Assembly (NCBI GenBank): GCA_015680685.1
Contig: MNCI01003186.1
Location: 833,570 to 897,569 of the forward strand
Direction: 5' to 3'
Length of the DNA: 64,000 nucleotides
Source: Gnetum montanum
Taxonomy: Eukaryota; Plantae; Gnetophyta
Part shown: piece by piece, positions 23,826 through 37,430 of the stretch
Layout of the letters: the number at the start of each line of letters is the position of its first letter
How positions within the stretch are numbered: position 1 is the first letter of the stretch
The notes under the pieces: model-generated
The model's database searches: none
Told to the model about the DNA's origin: nothing
What the model saw: only the letters and a program-made list of their open reading frames with translations
Position numbers and translations under genes: made by a program

Positions 23826-26106
23826 GATGCTGGTTTAGGTGAGGGTACCCACCAAGGTTAAGCATATAACTAAGTGGAGGAAGAGAAACTTACAAGGATT
23901 CCCCTAGTAATTTCGAGCAAATTGAGAATAGCCCAACATGAAAATCTGGCAATGGTCGTTGCCCAAATTGTAGTTTACAGAAGTGTCCCCTATGGTGGAT
24001 TGAGCCTAAGTCCCCTTGATCAAGGCACTGAAGACGATGACAAACCCATCAGGTTTGGAACCTACTACATCATGGGGCACTATTGTTGAATTGGATTTTT
24101 TAGGAATGTAACCCTAAGAAGGTGGTAAATTCTTTCCAAGGCTAAATATGCACGAGAGACCGATAGCAAATAAGTACTTCAAGGGAAAGATGAAAAGAAC
24201 TTTAAAAAGAGAGTTAAAAAGTTCTTGAAATTATCAAGAGGGAAGTGGATGGAGTCAACATTGATTTCCAACCAAACATGCAGCAGAGTGTGTATGCTTC
24301 AATATGTTGCTCGATCTAGGAGGTGAGTCTGCATGGATCGGCACTGTGGCACAAGCATGGGTAGCTGGCTACACATGTGGTGCCACTGTGATGGTTGAGG
24401 GTCCAAGCATATGCCCCTTCAACGGGCAGGTCCTGAAGCACCTACGGACTCAAGATGTAGATTCCATGGTATTTCTATTTGATCTATCTTGAAACATGAA
24501 CAAAGAAGTCTAACATGCATGCAAGTTGTCAGGTTTGGAAACCTGCATGACACAAGGACACTAAAAGGTGGGATTTGTGCATGGGTGCAGAGCATCATTC
24601 ACTGACCTTGATCTTGTTGAGAAGGGTTTGAGTGAGAGCATGCCTGTTGGGACCTAAAAGATGGTGAACTATGCTTGAGTAGGGCAAAGCCAGAGGAAAC
24701 TCTGGTGGAGGCCCATCATGATACTAATGTTCAAATTGTTCATCTAACTTGGTTATAGGAGTGAAAGACTAATTGAACCATCTAGTAGCTATTTTCCTCC
24801 AAAGTTTTCCTCAGGATAGCTGGATCTCGCATTCTCAAGTTTTATTAGGTAAAGTAAATGATTAGAGGCATTGGAGGCACAATGCCCTATTCTCAAAATT
24901 TAAATAGGTAAGATGACATGGCTACCTCGATGAGCCAAGTCAATGAATTGAGAGCTCCAAGTAGGCCATTTTTGGTAAGTAGAACTAGCAATGCATGCTA
25001 AACTGAAAGTCGAGCTACAATGCCTAACGGCACACTAATCCAAAATCCAGAAAGGGTGTTGGTTGATTAAGACAGTAGGATAGTGGTCATGTAAGTCAAA
25101 ATTCTCTAAGGAGTATGTAACAACTCACTTTCCGAATCAACTAGCCCCAAAAATGTATGGCACTCAAGCACGCAACCTACACTCAGCCATTGCGGCAAGT
25201 GATAGGCCCTAATGAGTAGGAGGGCACAAGGGTCATTGCGAAGCCTAGGATATGAGCTTGGGTGAAGTAGCCCCCAGTGTAGTTCTTGGTGGTAGTAGAA
25301 AACATTGAAATGAGAACTTTGAAGATCAACGTGGAGAAAGGTTCCATGTGAATAGCACTTGGACATGGGTTAGTTGATCCTAAGAGATTTGGGAGCCCCT
25401 TCCAATGGGTACACTCCACATGAGATCTCAAAAGGGAATCAAGTTAACATTTCCAAATTGAGACTTGGTGGTGGATGGAAACAATAGGGAATATGGAGAT
25501 GTTGGCAAAGGCCCTACAAATAGTTATCTTTTCTTTTCAACAGCCTACCCACCCTAAAATCAGCTCAACCGGAGATAGGGTCTAGTGGCTAGAAGAGCAC
25601 CGCTCATCCTACGATGTCTAGTGCACCCTTTGTGGCCCCTAAAAATTTGAAGAACCAAGTACCATTCATGCCCAGTCATACTCATAACCGCATTAGGTCT
25701 CCAAGGTCAACAGCCACTGGTCCATAGAACACTATAGGTAAGGGAAGTCAGCAAAATGGATCCGTAGCTTCAGGAAAAGGATTGTCTCTAAGGATTGGGC
25801 ATAAGGGTCTATGACCTAAACACATAGGTTATCAAGGGCTTTCCTAAGCCACTTCCATGGTGATGGAAAGCCCTTTCATGCTGATTGAGCGATGGAAGTA
25901 GAGCACCCTTCCCCCCTCCATGGGGGAGGGCTTTCCCTAGGCAATGAACAATCAGCTTAAAATTGGCTCAAATAAGCAGAATTTTACTATTTAATTAAAA
26001 TAAAACATTATGATGATCCCTATAGATGCTGATGAAATGTGATTTTTGCATATTTCTCTAAATGTCAAAGTGAAGAAATTCAACCAAGTGTGGGTAAACG
26101 ATGGGT

Positions 26107-26157
<51 letters not shown>

Positions 26158-27256
26158 TGTGCATGAATGGATTAATGAGATTCCCAATATCCCTACCTAC
26201 TATCTAGCAAAACCCCAACCAAGGAAACAGGCTTCGAAGAATCACTGGGGAAAGAAAACCCTATTGAGCTTGACTCTAGTTTGACTTTGTGAAATAACTT
26301 AAGAGGTGTAGAATAATTGGGAGCCACTCATAGTGCAAGTGAAATACCACTACTTTTAACATTGTTTTACTTATTTTGTTTGTTGGGAATTGGGCATGGC
26401 TCTCACTTTTGGACCCAAGTTGTGCCTCAACGCGTTGATCTACGTAGAAGATAGAGGCAGGTGGGAAGTTTGTCTGGGGTGGCACATTTGTTAAAAGATA
26501 ACATAGGTGTCCTAAGATGAGCTCAATGAGAATAGAAATATCATGTGGAATCGAAGGGTAAAATCTCATTTGATTTTGATTTTCAATACAAATAAAAACT
26601 ATGAAAACATGGCCTATCGACCGTTTAGATCTTCAAAATTTGAAGCTAGAGGTGTCAAAAATGTTACCACAGGGATAACTAGCTTGTGGTAGCCAAGCAT
26701 TTATAGCAATGTTGCTTTTTGATCCTTTGATGTTGGATCTTCCTATCATTGTGAAGTAGAATTCACCAAGTGTTGGATTGTTCACCCACTAATAGGGAAT
26801 GTGAGTTAGGTTTAGACCATCATGAGACAAGTTAGTTTTACCCTATCAGTGATGTGTTCTACGATAGTAATTCAACTTAGTATGAGAGGAACCATTGATT
26901 CATAAAATTGGTCATCATGTTTGGTTGAAAAGCTAGTGACGCAAAGCTACCGTGTGTTGGGTTATGACTAAACACCTCTAAGTTAGAATCCATGCTAGAG
27001 GCTATGCCTCTTTCCTTGTTAGTTTCTACGTGACCCATGGTAGGGGCAACTTCATTGCTTTTGTTGGCATGTGTCAATGGTACCCCCTAGTCCTACCTAC
27101 ACAATGGGGCACTAAGGGCCATGCAGTTTCATTTTGAGCGATTAGCGAGAAGAATCCTTTGTAGATGACTTAAAAACATGATGGAGTATTGTAAGTGGTA
27201 GAGTGGCCTTGCTACCATGATCCACTGAGATTTGGCCCATTATCATCAAGATTTGT
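23826..27256 (+). rRNA. 26S (25S/28S) rRNA pseudogene, unit 1 (full length, deaminated)
   Basis: TAAGCATATAACTAAGTGGAGGAA..., AAGATGGTGAACTATGC, CTATGACTCTCTTAAGGTAGCCAAATGCCTCGTCATCTAATTAG, AGTATGAGAGGAAC (sarcin-ricin loop with C>T), 3' GATCCACTGAGATT. Confidence 0.95.
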
Positions 27257-27261
27257 GATCA

Positions 27262-27315
27262 CAGTCTCCCCCCATCATCCTCTTCTTTAGGCCTTCTCTT
27301 TCTCTTTTACTTCGC
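27262..27315 (+). terminator. Pyrimidine-rich tract after 26S (candidate Pol I termination region)
   Basis: CTCCCCCCATCATCCTCTTCTTTAGGCCTTCTCTTTCTCTTTTACTTC; equivalent at 51491-51540. Confidence 0.45.
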
Positions 27316-27749
27316 AAATGCCTAGCCACATTCCATACCACCAAAATTATCATCTCATGGGGGTTGGTGGATAGGGGTCGTGCATTTTTTTCAAGAGATG
27401 TATGTCTCCCCCTTCCTGGGCACATGTATATCATTACGCACACACACACATGCATATGTCATCCCCTTCTTCTAGGTCAAATCTTGGTCAGTAGCCTTGG
27501 AGTCTAAATATGTTTTTTGATCTTGTGATCAGGAACCTCACCTGAGTGGGGGACTTTGTTAATTTGCATCATTGGCAGGGAATATCCCCTACCTATGAGG
27601 TTGCATGGAGTGGAAGACCATAACCAATAGATACTCTTTACATGCAACACTCTTGAAAACCATGAGGTTTCCTCTTTTAGCTATCACGAACTCAACGGAG
27701 CTCTCAATTATTGGCCAAAAAAGACCCCATATAGAGCCAAAGGGTGGAC

Positions 27750-30700
27750 CCAATAGACCCTCGTGGCCAACTCTAGGTAAAAGAAACCCTTAGGACCAAC
27801 CAAGTGTTGGCCACATAGACCCTTAGGACAAGGTTTGGCCCAACATACCCTCTAGACCAAATGGTTAACACAACATACACTCTGAACAAAGTGTTGGCCA
27901 CATAGACCCTTGAGACCAAGGGTTGGCCTAGCAGACCCTCAAGACTAAGGGTTGGCCCAATGAACCCTTGGTACCAATTGTTGGCGGAATGAACCCTTGA
28001 GGCCAAGTGTAGGTAAAATAGACCCTTGAGACCAAGGGTTGGCCCAACGGACCCTCGAGACCAAGTGTTGGTGCAATAGACCCTCAGGATCAACTATTTT
28101 TCAAATAGCCCCTCATGATCAAGTGTTGGAAAAATGGACCCTTGTGACCAAGTCTTAGCCAAGTGGACCCTCATGACAAACAGTTGGCCCAACAAACCCT
28201 CGTGACCAAGTGTTGGCCCAATGAACCATTGCGACCAAGTGTTGGCAAAACAGACCCTCATGACCAAGTGTTGCCCCAACAGACCCTCGTGACCAATAGT
28301 TTGCCCAACAGACCCTCACAACAAAGTGTTGGCCAAATAGACCCTCATGACCAATGGTTGGCCCAACAGACCCTGGTGACCAAGTGCTAGCCCAATGGAC
28401 CCTCATGACTAATGGTTGGCCAAATGAACCCTCATGACCAAGTGTTGGCCAAATGGACCCTCATGATCGAGTGTTGGCAAAACAGACCCTCATGACCAAG
28501 TGTTGCCCCAACAGAACCTCATGAGCAAGTGTTGGCAAAAAGGACCCTCATGACCTATTGTTGGCCAAATAGACCCTTGTGACCAATGGTTGGCCTAATG
28601 GACCCTTCTAACCAAGTGTTGGCCAAATGGACCCTTCTAACCAAGTGTTGGCCAAATGGACCCTTATGACCAACGATTGCCCCAATGAACCCTTGTGAAT
28701 AATAGTTGGCCCAACGGACCCTTGTGACCAATTCTTGGCCCAACAAACCCTCATGACCAAGTGTTGGCCAAATAGACCCTCGTGACTGAGTGTTGGCCAA
28801 ACAAACCCTCACAACCAAGTGTTGGTCCAATGGACCCTCATGACTAAGTGTTGGCCTAATGGACCCTCATGACCAAGTGTTGGCCAAATGGACCATCGTA
28901 ACCAAGTGTTGGCCAAACGAACCCTTGCAACCAAATTTATAAGGGTGCGGGATGATTTGGCTAAAGCTAGCCAAATCAACATATATGGAAAGAGGTAGCA
29001 TTCTCCCTAGGAGCACTGCACGATGCTCTCACGAGAGTGCTCTCCATCAAAGCACCTTGCATAGCTATGCTATAAAGAGAGCTCTCATGAGAGCGCTCTC
29101 CCTCAAGACCAAAGGTTGGCTAAATAGATCCTTGTAACCAAGTGTTTGCCAAATGAACCCTCGTAAGCAATTATAGGAAAAACAAACCCTTAGGAGCAAT
29201 GGTTGTCCCAAAGGACCCTCACAACCAAACTTATAAGGATGTAGGATAATTTGGCTAAACCTGGCCCAATCAAAATATATGGGAAGAGGTATTGTTCTCC
29301 CTGGGAGCAACACATGGACCCTCGTGACCAAGTGTTATCCTAGCAAACCCTCGTGACCAAGTGTTGGCAAAATGAACCCTCATGACTGAGTCTTAGCCAA
29401 ATGGACCCTTGTGATCGAGTGTTGGCCAAATGAACCTTAGGATCAAGTGTTGGCCAAACGGACCCTTGCAACCAAGTATTGGCCCAACTGATCCTAGTGA
29501 CCAACTATTGGCCCAACAAACCCTCATGACCATCTGTTAGACCAATAGAAACTCATGACCAAGTGTTTGCCAAATGAACCCTTAGGACCAAGTGTTGGCC
29601 AAACGGACCCTTGCAACCAAGTATTGGCCCAATAGACCCTGGTGACCAACTATTGGCCCAACAAACCCTCATGACCAAGTTTTGTCCCAACAGACCCTCA
29701 TGACCAAGTGTTGGCCAAATGGACCCTCATGACCAACAGTTGGCCCAATGGAACCTCATGACCAAGTGTTGGTCCAATAGACCCTCATGAGCAAGTGTTG
29801 GCCAAACAGACCCTCATTACCAAGTGTTGGGCAAACGGACCCTCATGACCAAGTGTTGGCCAAATGAACCCTTGTGACCAAATTTATAAGGGTGTAGGAT
29901 GGTTTGGCTGAAGCTCGTCCAATCAACATATATGGGTAGAGGTAGCATTCTCCCTGGAAGCACTGCACGGTGCTCTTGCAAGAGTGCTCTCGATCAGAAC
30001 ACCTCACATAGCTATGCTAGCAAGAGCATTCTCATGGGAGAGTGCTCTCCCTCAAGACCAAGGGTTGGATAAATAGACCCTTATGACTAAATGTTGGCCA
30101 ATGGACCCTTGCAACTAATTGTAGGAAAAATGAACCCTCAGGATAAATAGTTGCCCAACGGACCCTCGTGACCAAATTTATAAGGATGCAGGATGGTTTT
30201 TCTAAACCTAGCCCAACAAACATATATGGGGAGTGGTAGCATTCTACTTGGGAGCACTGCAAAGATTCTCATGACCAAGTGTTGGCCCAATGGACGCTCA
30301 TGACCAAGTGTTGGCCAAATGGACCCTCGTAACTAGGTTTTGACTAAATGGACCCTTGGGACCAAGTGTTAGCCAAATGGACCCTTGCAACAAAGTGTTG
30401 ACCCAACAGACTCTCATGACCAAGTGTTCACCCAATGGAACCTTGTGACCAACTGTTGGCCTAACAGACTCTCATGACCAAGTGTTCACCCAATGGACCC
30501 TTGTGACCAAGTGTTGGCCAAACAGACCCTCGTGACCAACTATTGCCGAAATGAACCCTCATGACCAATGGTTGGCCCAATGGACCCTCATGACAAAGTG
30601 TTGGCCCAATGGACCCTTGTGACCAAGTGTTGACAAAACGGACCCTCATGACCAACAATTGGCCCAACAGACCCTCATAACCAAGTGTTCACCCAACAGA

Positions 30701-33700
30701 CCCTCGTGATCAAGTGTTGGCCAAATGGACCCTCATGACCAAGTGTTGGCCAAACAAACCCTCGTGACAAAGTAGTGGCCAAACGGATCCTCATGACCAA
30801 ATTTATAAGGGTGTAGGATGGTTTGGATAAAGTTGGCCCAATCAACATATATGGGAAGAGGTAGTGTCCTCCCTCAGAGTACCACATAGTGCTCTTGTGA
30901 GAGAGCTCTTCATCAAAGCACCTTGCATAGATACTTTGACAAGAGTACTCTCGCAGGAGAGTGCACTCCCTTAGGATCAAGTGTTGGCCAAAACAAATCC
31001 TCATGAACAAGTGTTTTCCAAACAGACCCTGGCAACCAAATTTATAAGGATGCATGATGGTTTGGCTAAACTTGGCCCAATCAACATATATGGGGAGAGG
31101 TAGCATTCTCCCTGGGAGCACCACATAGGCCCTTGTGACCAAGTGTTGGCCCAACAGACCCTCATGACCAAGTGCTGGCCAAATGGACCCTCGTGATCAA
31201 GTGTTGGCCAAACAGATCCTCAGGATCAAGTGTTGGTGAAATGGACCCTTGCAACCAAGTGCTGGCCCAATGGACACTCGTGACCAACTATTGGCCCAAC
31301 AGACCCTCATGACCAAGTGTTGGCCAAATGAACCCTCACGACCAAGTGTTGCCCAAATGGACCCTCATGACCAATGGTTGGCCCAACAGACCCTCATGAC
31401 CAAGTGTTAGCCCAATAGACCCTCATACCAAGTGTTGGCCAAATAGACCCTCATGACCAATGGTTGGCCCAACAGAACCTTGTGATCAAGTGTTGGTCCA
31501 ACAGACCCTTGTGACTAAGTTTTGGCGAAACGGACCCTCATGACCAAGTTTTGGCCAAACAGATGCTTGCAACCAAATTTATAAGGGTGTAGGATTGTTT
31601 GGCTAAAGCTAGCCTAATCAACATATATGGGGAGAAGTAGCATTCTCCTTGGGAGCACTGCACAGTGCTCTTATGAAAGTGCTCTCCATCAGAGCACCTC
31701 GCATAGCTGCATTGGCAAAAGTACTCTCATAGGAGAGCACTCTCCCTCGGGACCAAGGGTTGGGTAAATAGACCCTTATGAAAAAGTGTTAGCCAAATGG
31801 ATCCTTGTAACCAATTGTAGACAAAACGGACCCTTAGGGCCAATGGTTGGATCAACGGACCCTTGGGACCATATTTATATGGGTGCAGGATGGTTTGGCT
31901 AAACCTGGCCCAATTAACATATATGGGGAGAGGTAGGGTTCTCCCTCAGAGCACTGCATAGACCCTCATAACCAAGTGTTGGCCAAATAGACACTCCTGA
32001 TCAAGTGTTGGCCAAATGGACCATCATGACCAACTGTTGGCGAAATGGACCCTTGCAACCAAGTATTGTTCCAACAGACCGTCATGACCAAGTGTTGGCC
32101 CAATGGACCCTTGTGACCAAGTGTTGGAGAAATGAACCCTCATGACCAAGTGTTGCCCAAACAGACCCTCATGACCAATGGTTGGCCCAATGGATCCTAA
32201 TGACCAAGTGTTGGCCCAACAGACCCGTGTGACCAAGTGTTGGCCAAATGGACCCTCATGGCCAATGATTGGCCTAATGGACCCTCATGACCAAGTGTTG
32301 GCCCAATAGACCCTCATGACCAAGTGTTTGCTAAATGGACCATCATGATCAAGTGTTGGCCAAATGGACCCTCTTGACTAAGTGCTAGCCAAATGAACCC
32401 TCGCAACCAAATTTATAAGGGTGTAGGATGGTTTGGCTAAAGTTTGCCCAATCAACATATATGGGAAGAGGTAGTGTTCTCCTTCGGAGCATCACATGGT
32501 GCTCTCGTGAGAGAGCTCTCCATCAAAGCACCTCACATAGCTACATTGGCAAGAGCACTCTCACAAGAGAGTGCTCTCCCTTTAGACCAAGTGTTGGAAA
32601 AAATAGACCATCATGACCAAGTGTTGGCCAAACAAACCCTTGCAACCAATTGTAGGTAAAATGAACCCTCAGGACCAATAGTTGGCCCAATGGACCCTCG
32701 CAACCAAATTTATAAGGATGCAAGATAGTTTGGCTAAACTTGGCCTAATCAACATATATGGGAAGAGGTAGCGTTCTCCCTGGGAGCACCACACAGATCC
32801 TTGTGACCAACTGTTGGTCCAATAGACCCTCATAAGCAAGTGTTGGCTAAACATACTATCGTGACCAAGTGTTGGCCAAATAGACCCTTACGACCAAGTG
32901 TTGGCCCAATGTACCCTCATTACCAAGTGTTGGCCCAATGTACCCTCATGACCAAGTGGAGCAAGTGTTTGCCAAATGGACCCTCATGACCAAGTGTTGG
33001 CCAAATGGACCCTTGTGACCAATGGTTGATCCAATGGACCCTCATGACTAAGTGTTGGCCAAATGAACCCTAGCAACCAAGTGTTGGCAAAATGGATGCT
33101 CATGATCAAGTGTTGGCCAAACAAACCCTCATGACCAACAGTTGGCCCAACAAAGCCTCGTGACCAAGTGTTGGCCTAGTGGACCCTTCTGACCAAGTGT
33201 TGGTCAAATGGACCCTCATGAACAATGGTTGGCCCAATGGACCCTCATGACCAAGTGTTGGTCCAATAGAGCCTCATGATCAAGTGTTGGTCAAACAAAC
33301 CCTCAGGACCGAGTGTTGGCCAAATGAACCCTTGTGACCAAGTGTTGGCCCTTACAACTAGATTTATAAGGGTGCAGGATAGTTTGGCTCAAGCTAGCCT
33401 AATCAACATATATTTGAAGAAGTAGTGTTCTCCCTAGGAGCACCACACGGTGCTCTCACGAGAGTGCTCTCCATCAGAACACCTCGCATAACTGTGCTAG
33501 CAAGAGCACTCTCGTAGGAGAGCATTGCTATAGCACTCTCCCTTGGGACCAAGTGTTGGCTAAATGGACCCTCATGAGAAAGTGTTGGCCAAACAGATCC
33601 TCGCAACCAATTGTAGGAAAAATGAACACTTAGGACCAATGGTTGGCCCAATAGACCCTTGCGACCAAATTTATTATAAGGGTGCAAGACAGTTTGGCTG

Positions 33701-34004
33701 AACCTAGCTCAATCAACATATATGGGAAGATGTAGCATTCTCCCTAGGAGCACCTCATGGTACTCTCACGAGAGTGCTCTCCATGGGAGCACCTCACATG
33801 GCTACGTTGGCAATAGCACTCTCATGAGAGAGTGCTTGCAAGAGTGCTCTCACTTAGGACCAAGTGTTGGCCAAACGAACCCTCATGACCAAGTGTTGGC
33901 CAAATGAACCCTTGTGACCAAGTGTTGGTGAAAAGGATCCTTTTGACCAATTGTAGAAAAAATCAATGCTCATGACCAATGATTGGCCCAACGAACACTT
34001 ACAA
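27750..34004 (+). repeat. IGS 29-bp tandem array with interspersed promoter cassettes
   Basis: Consensus GACCCTCATGACCAAGTGTTGGCCAAATG, period 29 (e.g. 28166, 28195). Confidence 0.93.
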
Positions 34005-37000
34005 CCAAATTTATAAGGGTGTAGGATGGTTTGATTGAACTTGGCCCAATCAACATATACGGGGAGAGGTAGCATTCTCCTTGGGAGCACCTCAAATTAC
34101 TGTGCTAACAAGAGCACTCTCACGAGAGCACCTCATGTAGCACTTGTGAGATTTCTCTCCCTAGGAGTGCCTCATACTACACACATGATGGTGTTCTCTC
34201 TAGGAGCATTTTGCCTTAGAAATCCTTGCATTGCACATTTGAGAGCATTCTCTCAGAGAGAACTCTCCCTGAGAGTGGCCTCCCTAAAAGAATTTTCCTT
34301 GAGAATGCTCTCCTTGAGAGCGTTCTCCATGAGAGCATCCTCACTGAGCATGCTTAATGTGAGGGTGCTCTCTATGGGAGTGCCCTCCATAAAAATATTC
34401 TCCTTGAGAGGATCATCCTTGATAGCATTCTCCCTGAGAGCACTATCCCCGAGAGTGCCTTACGCTATGCATGTGAGGGCATTCTTCTTAAGAGTGCCCT
34501 CATTGAGAGATTTCTCCTTGAGGGTGCCCTTCTTGAGAGCATTCTCCCTGAGAGTGTCCTCTATTAGGGTGGCCTCCCTAAGAGCACCTTTTGCTACACA
34601 TGTGAGAGTGTTCTTCTCAAGAGCATCCTTGTTGAGAGCATTCTCTTGGAGAGCATCCTTTCTAAGAGTGCCCTCCTCAAGAACAACTTCCTTAAGTGTG
34701 GCCTCCTTGAGGATGCCCTCCTTGAGAGCATCCTTCTTAAGAGAATTCTCCATGAGAGTGCCCTCCCTGAGAGTGCCCTTCCTAAGAGTGTTCTCCTTGA
34801 GATGGCCCTTCATTAGAGCAGCCTTATGGAGAGCACCTTCCTCAAGAGCACCTTGCACTATGAATGTGAGAGTGTTCTTCTTAAGACCACCATCATTGAG
34901 AGTGCCCTCTCAAAGGATGCCCTCCCAAAGAGTGCTCTCCCTAGGAGTGACCTCCCTCAGAGTATTCCCCCTGAGAGTGTCTTGCACTATATACATGAGA
35001 GTGTTCTCCTCGATAGAGCCCTCATTGAGAGCATTCTCTTGGAGAGTGACCTCCCTAAGAGTGCCCTCCCTGAGAGTGGTCTCCCTAAGGATTCCATCCT
35101 TAAGTGCACCCTCCCTAAGAGTGCCCTCCATTAGAGTGGCCTCTCTAAGAGTGTTCTCACTGAGAGGGCATTGTGCTACGCATGTGAGAGTGTTCTTCTT
35201 GAGAGTGCCCTTATTGAGATAATTCTCTCGAAGAGCACCCTCCTTGAGAGTGCCCTCCCTAAGAGTAGTCTCCCTGAGGATGCCTTCTTTAAGAGCACCC
35301 TCCCAAAGAGCATTCTTCCTGAGAGTTCCATTCATTAGAGCAACCTCCCTAAGAGCATTCTCCTCGAGAACACCCTTCCTAAGAGTGCCCTCTGTTAGAG
35401 TGGCCTCCTTGAGGGTGTTCTTCCTAAGAGAACCTTATGGTATGCACTTGAGAGTGTTCTCCTCAAGAGTTCCCTCATTTAGAGCATTCTCTCCTAGAGC
35501 ACCCTCCATCAGAGTGACCTTCGCAAGAGCATTCTCCCTAAGAGCATCCTCCATTAGAGCGGAGTCCCTGAGAGCATTCTCCATGAGAGTACCCTCCCTT
35601 GAAGCATTCTCCTTAAGAGTGCCTTATGCTATGCATGTAAGAGTGTTCTCCTTAAGAGAGAACTCATTTTAGAATGTTCTCTTGGAGAGTTCCCTTCTTG
35701 AGAACATTTTCCTTGTGAGCACCCTCCATGGAAGTATTCTCCTTGAGAGCACCTTGCACTATGCACTTGAAAGTATTCTCCTCAAGAGTGCCCTCATTGA
35801 GAGTGTTCTCTTAGAGAGCACCCTCAATGAGAGTGGCCTCCCTAAGAATTGCCTAACTAAGAACACCCTCTCGAAGAGCATCCTCCTTAAGAGTGCCCTC
35901 CACAAGAGGTTCTCCATGAGAGTGCCCTCCACAAAAGGGTTTTCCATGAGAGTTCCCTCCATTGGAGCAGCCTCCTTGAGAGCATTTTTCTTAAGATCAT
36001 CCTTTGTGAGAGTGCCTTGCACTATGCCTGTGAGAGTGTGCTCCTTAAGGGCACCCTTGTTGAGAGAATTCTCTTGAAGAGCACCCTTTGTTAGAGCAGC
36101 CTTTCTAAGAGCATTCTCGTTGAGTGCACCCTCCCTAACAGTGCCTTGTGCTATGCATGTGAGAGTGTTCTCTTAGAGAGTGCCCTCATTGAGAGAATTC
36201 TCATGGAGAGTGCCCTCCCTGAGAATGTTCTTGCTGAGGGCACCCTCCATGAGAGAATTCTCCCTGAGGGGGCCCTCATTGAGAAAATTTTCCTTGAGGA
36301 CTCCCTTACTTGGTGCTCTCTCTCTAAGAGAACTCTTCTTGAGAATGCCCTCTTGGAGACCAAATTTATAATGATGTAGGATAGTTTGGCTGAACCCGAC
36401 ACAACCAACATATATAGGAGGAGGTAGGCCAACTCCCCTGAGATGCACTTTGAAGAGAAGCGGAGTGCATCTTAGGCCATCATGGATGCACTTTCGGGTG
36501 ATGCTGAGTGCAATCTTGGCCTTAATAGATGCACTTTCAAGTGATGTTGAGGGCATCTTAGGCTATCATGAGTGCACATTTGGGTGTGATTATGAGTGTG
36601 TCCATGGCCTCAATGGGTATGCCTCAGGGAAGTTGCTCTCACAGAGAACACTCTCTAAGAGGATTTTCCTCCCTAAGCATGCCCTCAAGGAGGCTGCTCC
36701 TAGGGAGGACTCCCTTAGGGAAAGTGCTTTCAATGAGGGTGCTCTCGTGGAGATCTCTCTCAAATGTTTTGTGTAACGCACTCTCAAGGTGGATTCTCCT
36801 AGAGGGAACACTACCACGTATGCACCATGAGGCACTCCTAGGGAAAGCGCTCTCACAAGTGTTGAATGAGGCGCTCTCTACAAAGTGCTCTTGCTAGTAC
36901 AGCTATGCGAGGTGGTTCCATGGAGAGCATTATCTTGCATTGTGTATGTGAGAGCACTCTCTTTAGAGGTGTTTTATGTTGGGCATGTGAGAGCACTCTC

Positions 37001-37090
37001 CATAAGCTAGTCCTTTGTGACCAAATTTATAAGGGTGCAGGACGATATGATTGAAACTAGCCCAATCAACATATATAAGGAGAGGTAGAG
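28931..37090 (+). promoter_or_regulatory. About 15 copies of a ~70-bp Pol I (spacer) promoter-like cassette
   Basis: CCAAATTTATAAGGGTGTAGGATGGTTTGGCTAAA...CCCAATCAACATATATGGGGAGAGGTAG at 28931, 29225, 29878, 30172, 30797, 31036, 31573, 31869, 32407, 32704, 33358, 33665, 34005, 36360, 37021. Confidence 0.65.
34080..36355 (+). repeat. IGS 15/20-bp GAGAG-type array of unit 2
   Basis: Same monomers as 8850-12050; the terminal parts are colinear. Confidence 0.9.
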
Positions 37091-37430
37091 TTAATGACCA
37101 ATTGTAGGGATAGAGTGATACATGGGTTTATCCCCCAGGGATGCCTTACCCTTCCCATAATATTGTAGCCTTGTTGTTCATGTTTGTGACTCATGAGCCT
37201 TGTTGTGAAGAAGGATAACCCTAGAGAAGGTAGTATCCATGTTTATGATTTGATATAAAATGTTTGTAGCATTGCGAGCATGTTTTGTGGGGTTGGTTGC
37301 CTAGGAATCCGAGGATCCAAAAGGAGCATGTTTAGCTAGCTTGTACTACAACAGTCCTAAATGTTCTTGGACACGTTTTAGGAGCCTGTTCGCAAGATGG
37401 ACACATTGAGTAGATGGGGCATCAATACTA

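Noticed and set aside
26115-26140. R2-type insertion site in 26S
   Set aside because: TTAAGGTAGCCAAA is uninterrupted in both units; no insertion or intron
23074-27077. Short ORFs within ITS/rRNA sequence
   Set aside because: Chance ORFs overlapping rRNA pseudogenes
27750-34004. CRISPR-like 29-bp repeats
   Set aside because: Monomers are head-to-tail with no unique spacers, there are no cas genes, and the context is eukaryotic rDNA IGS
34035-36379. Long ORFs (up to 395 aa) with RVPSL/RAFSL repeats, also at 8800-12100
   Set aside because: Translation of the 15-bp tandem monomer; open in several frames and on both strands
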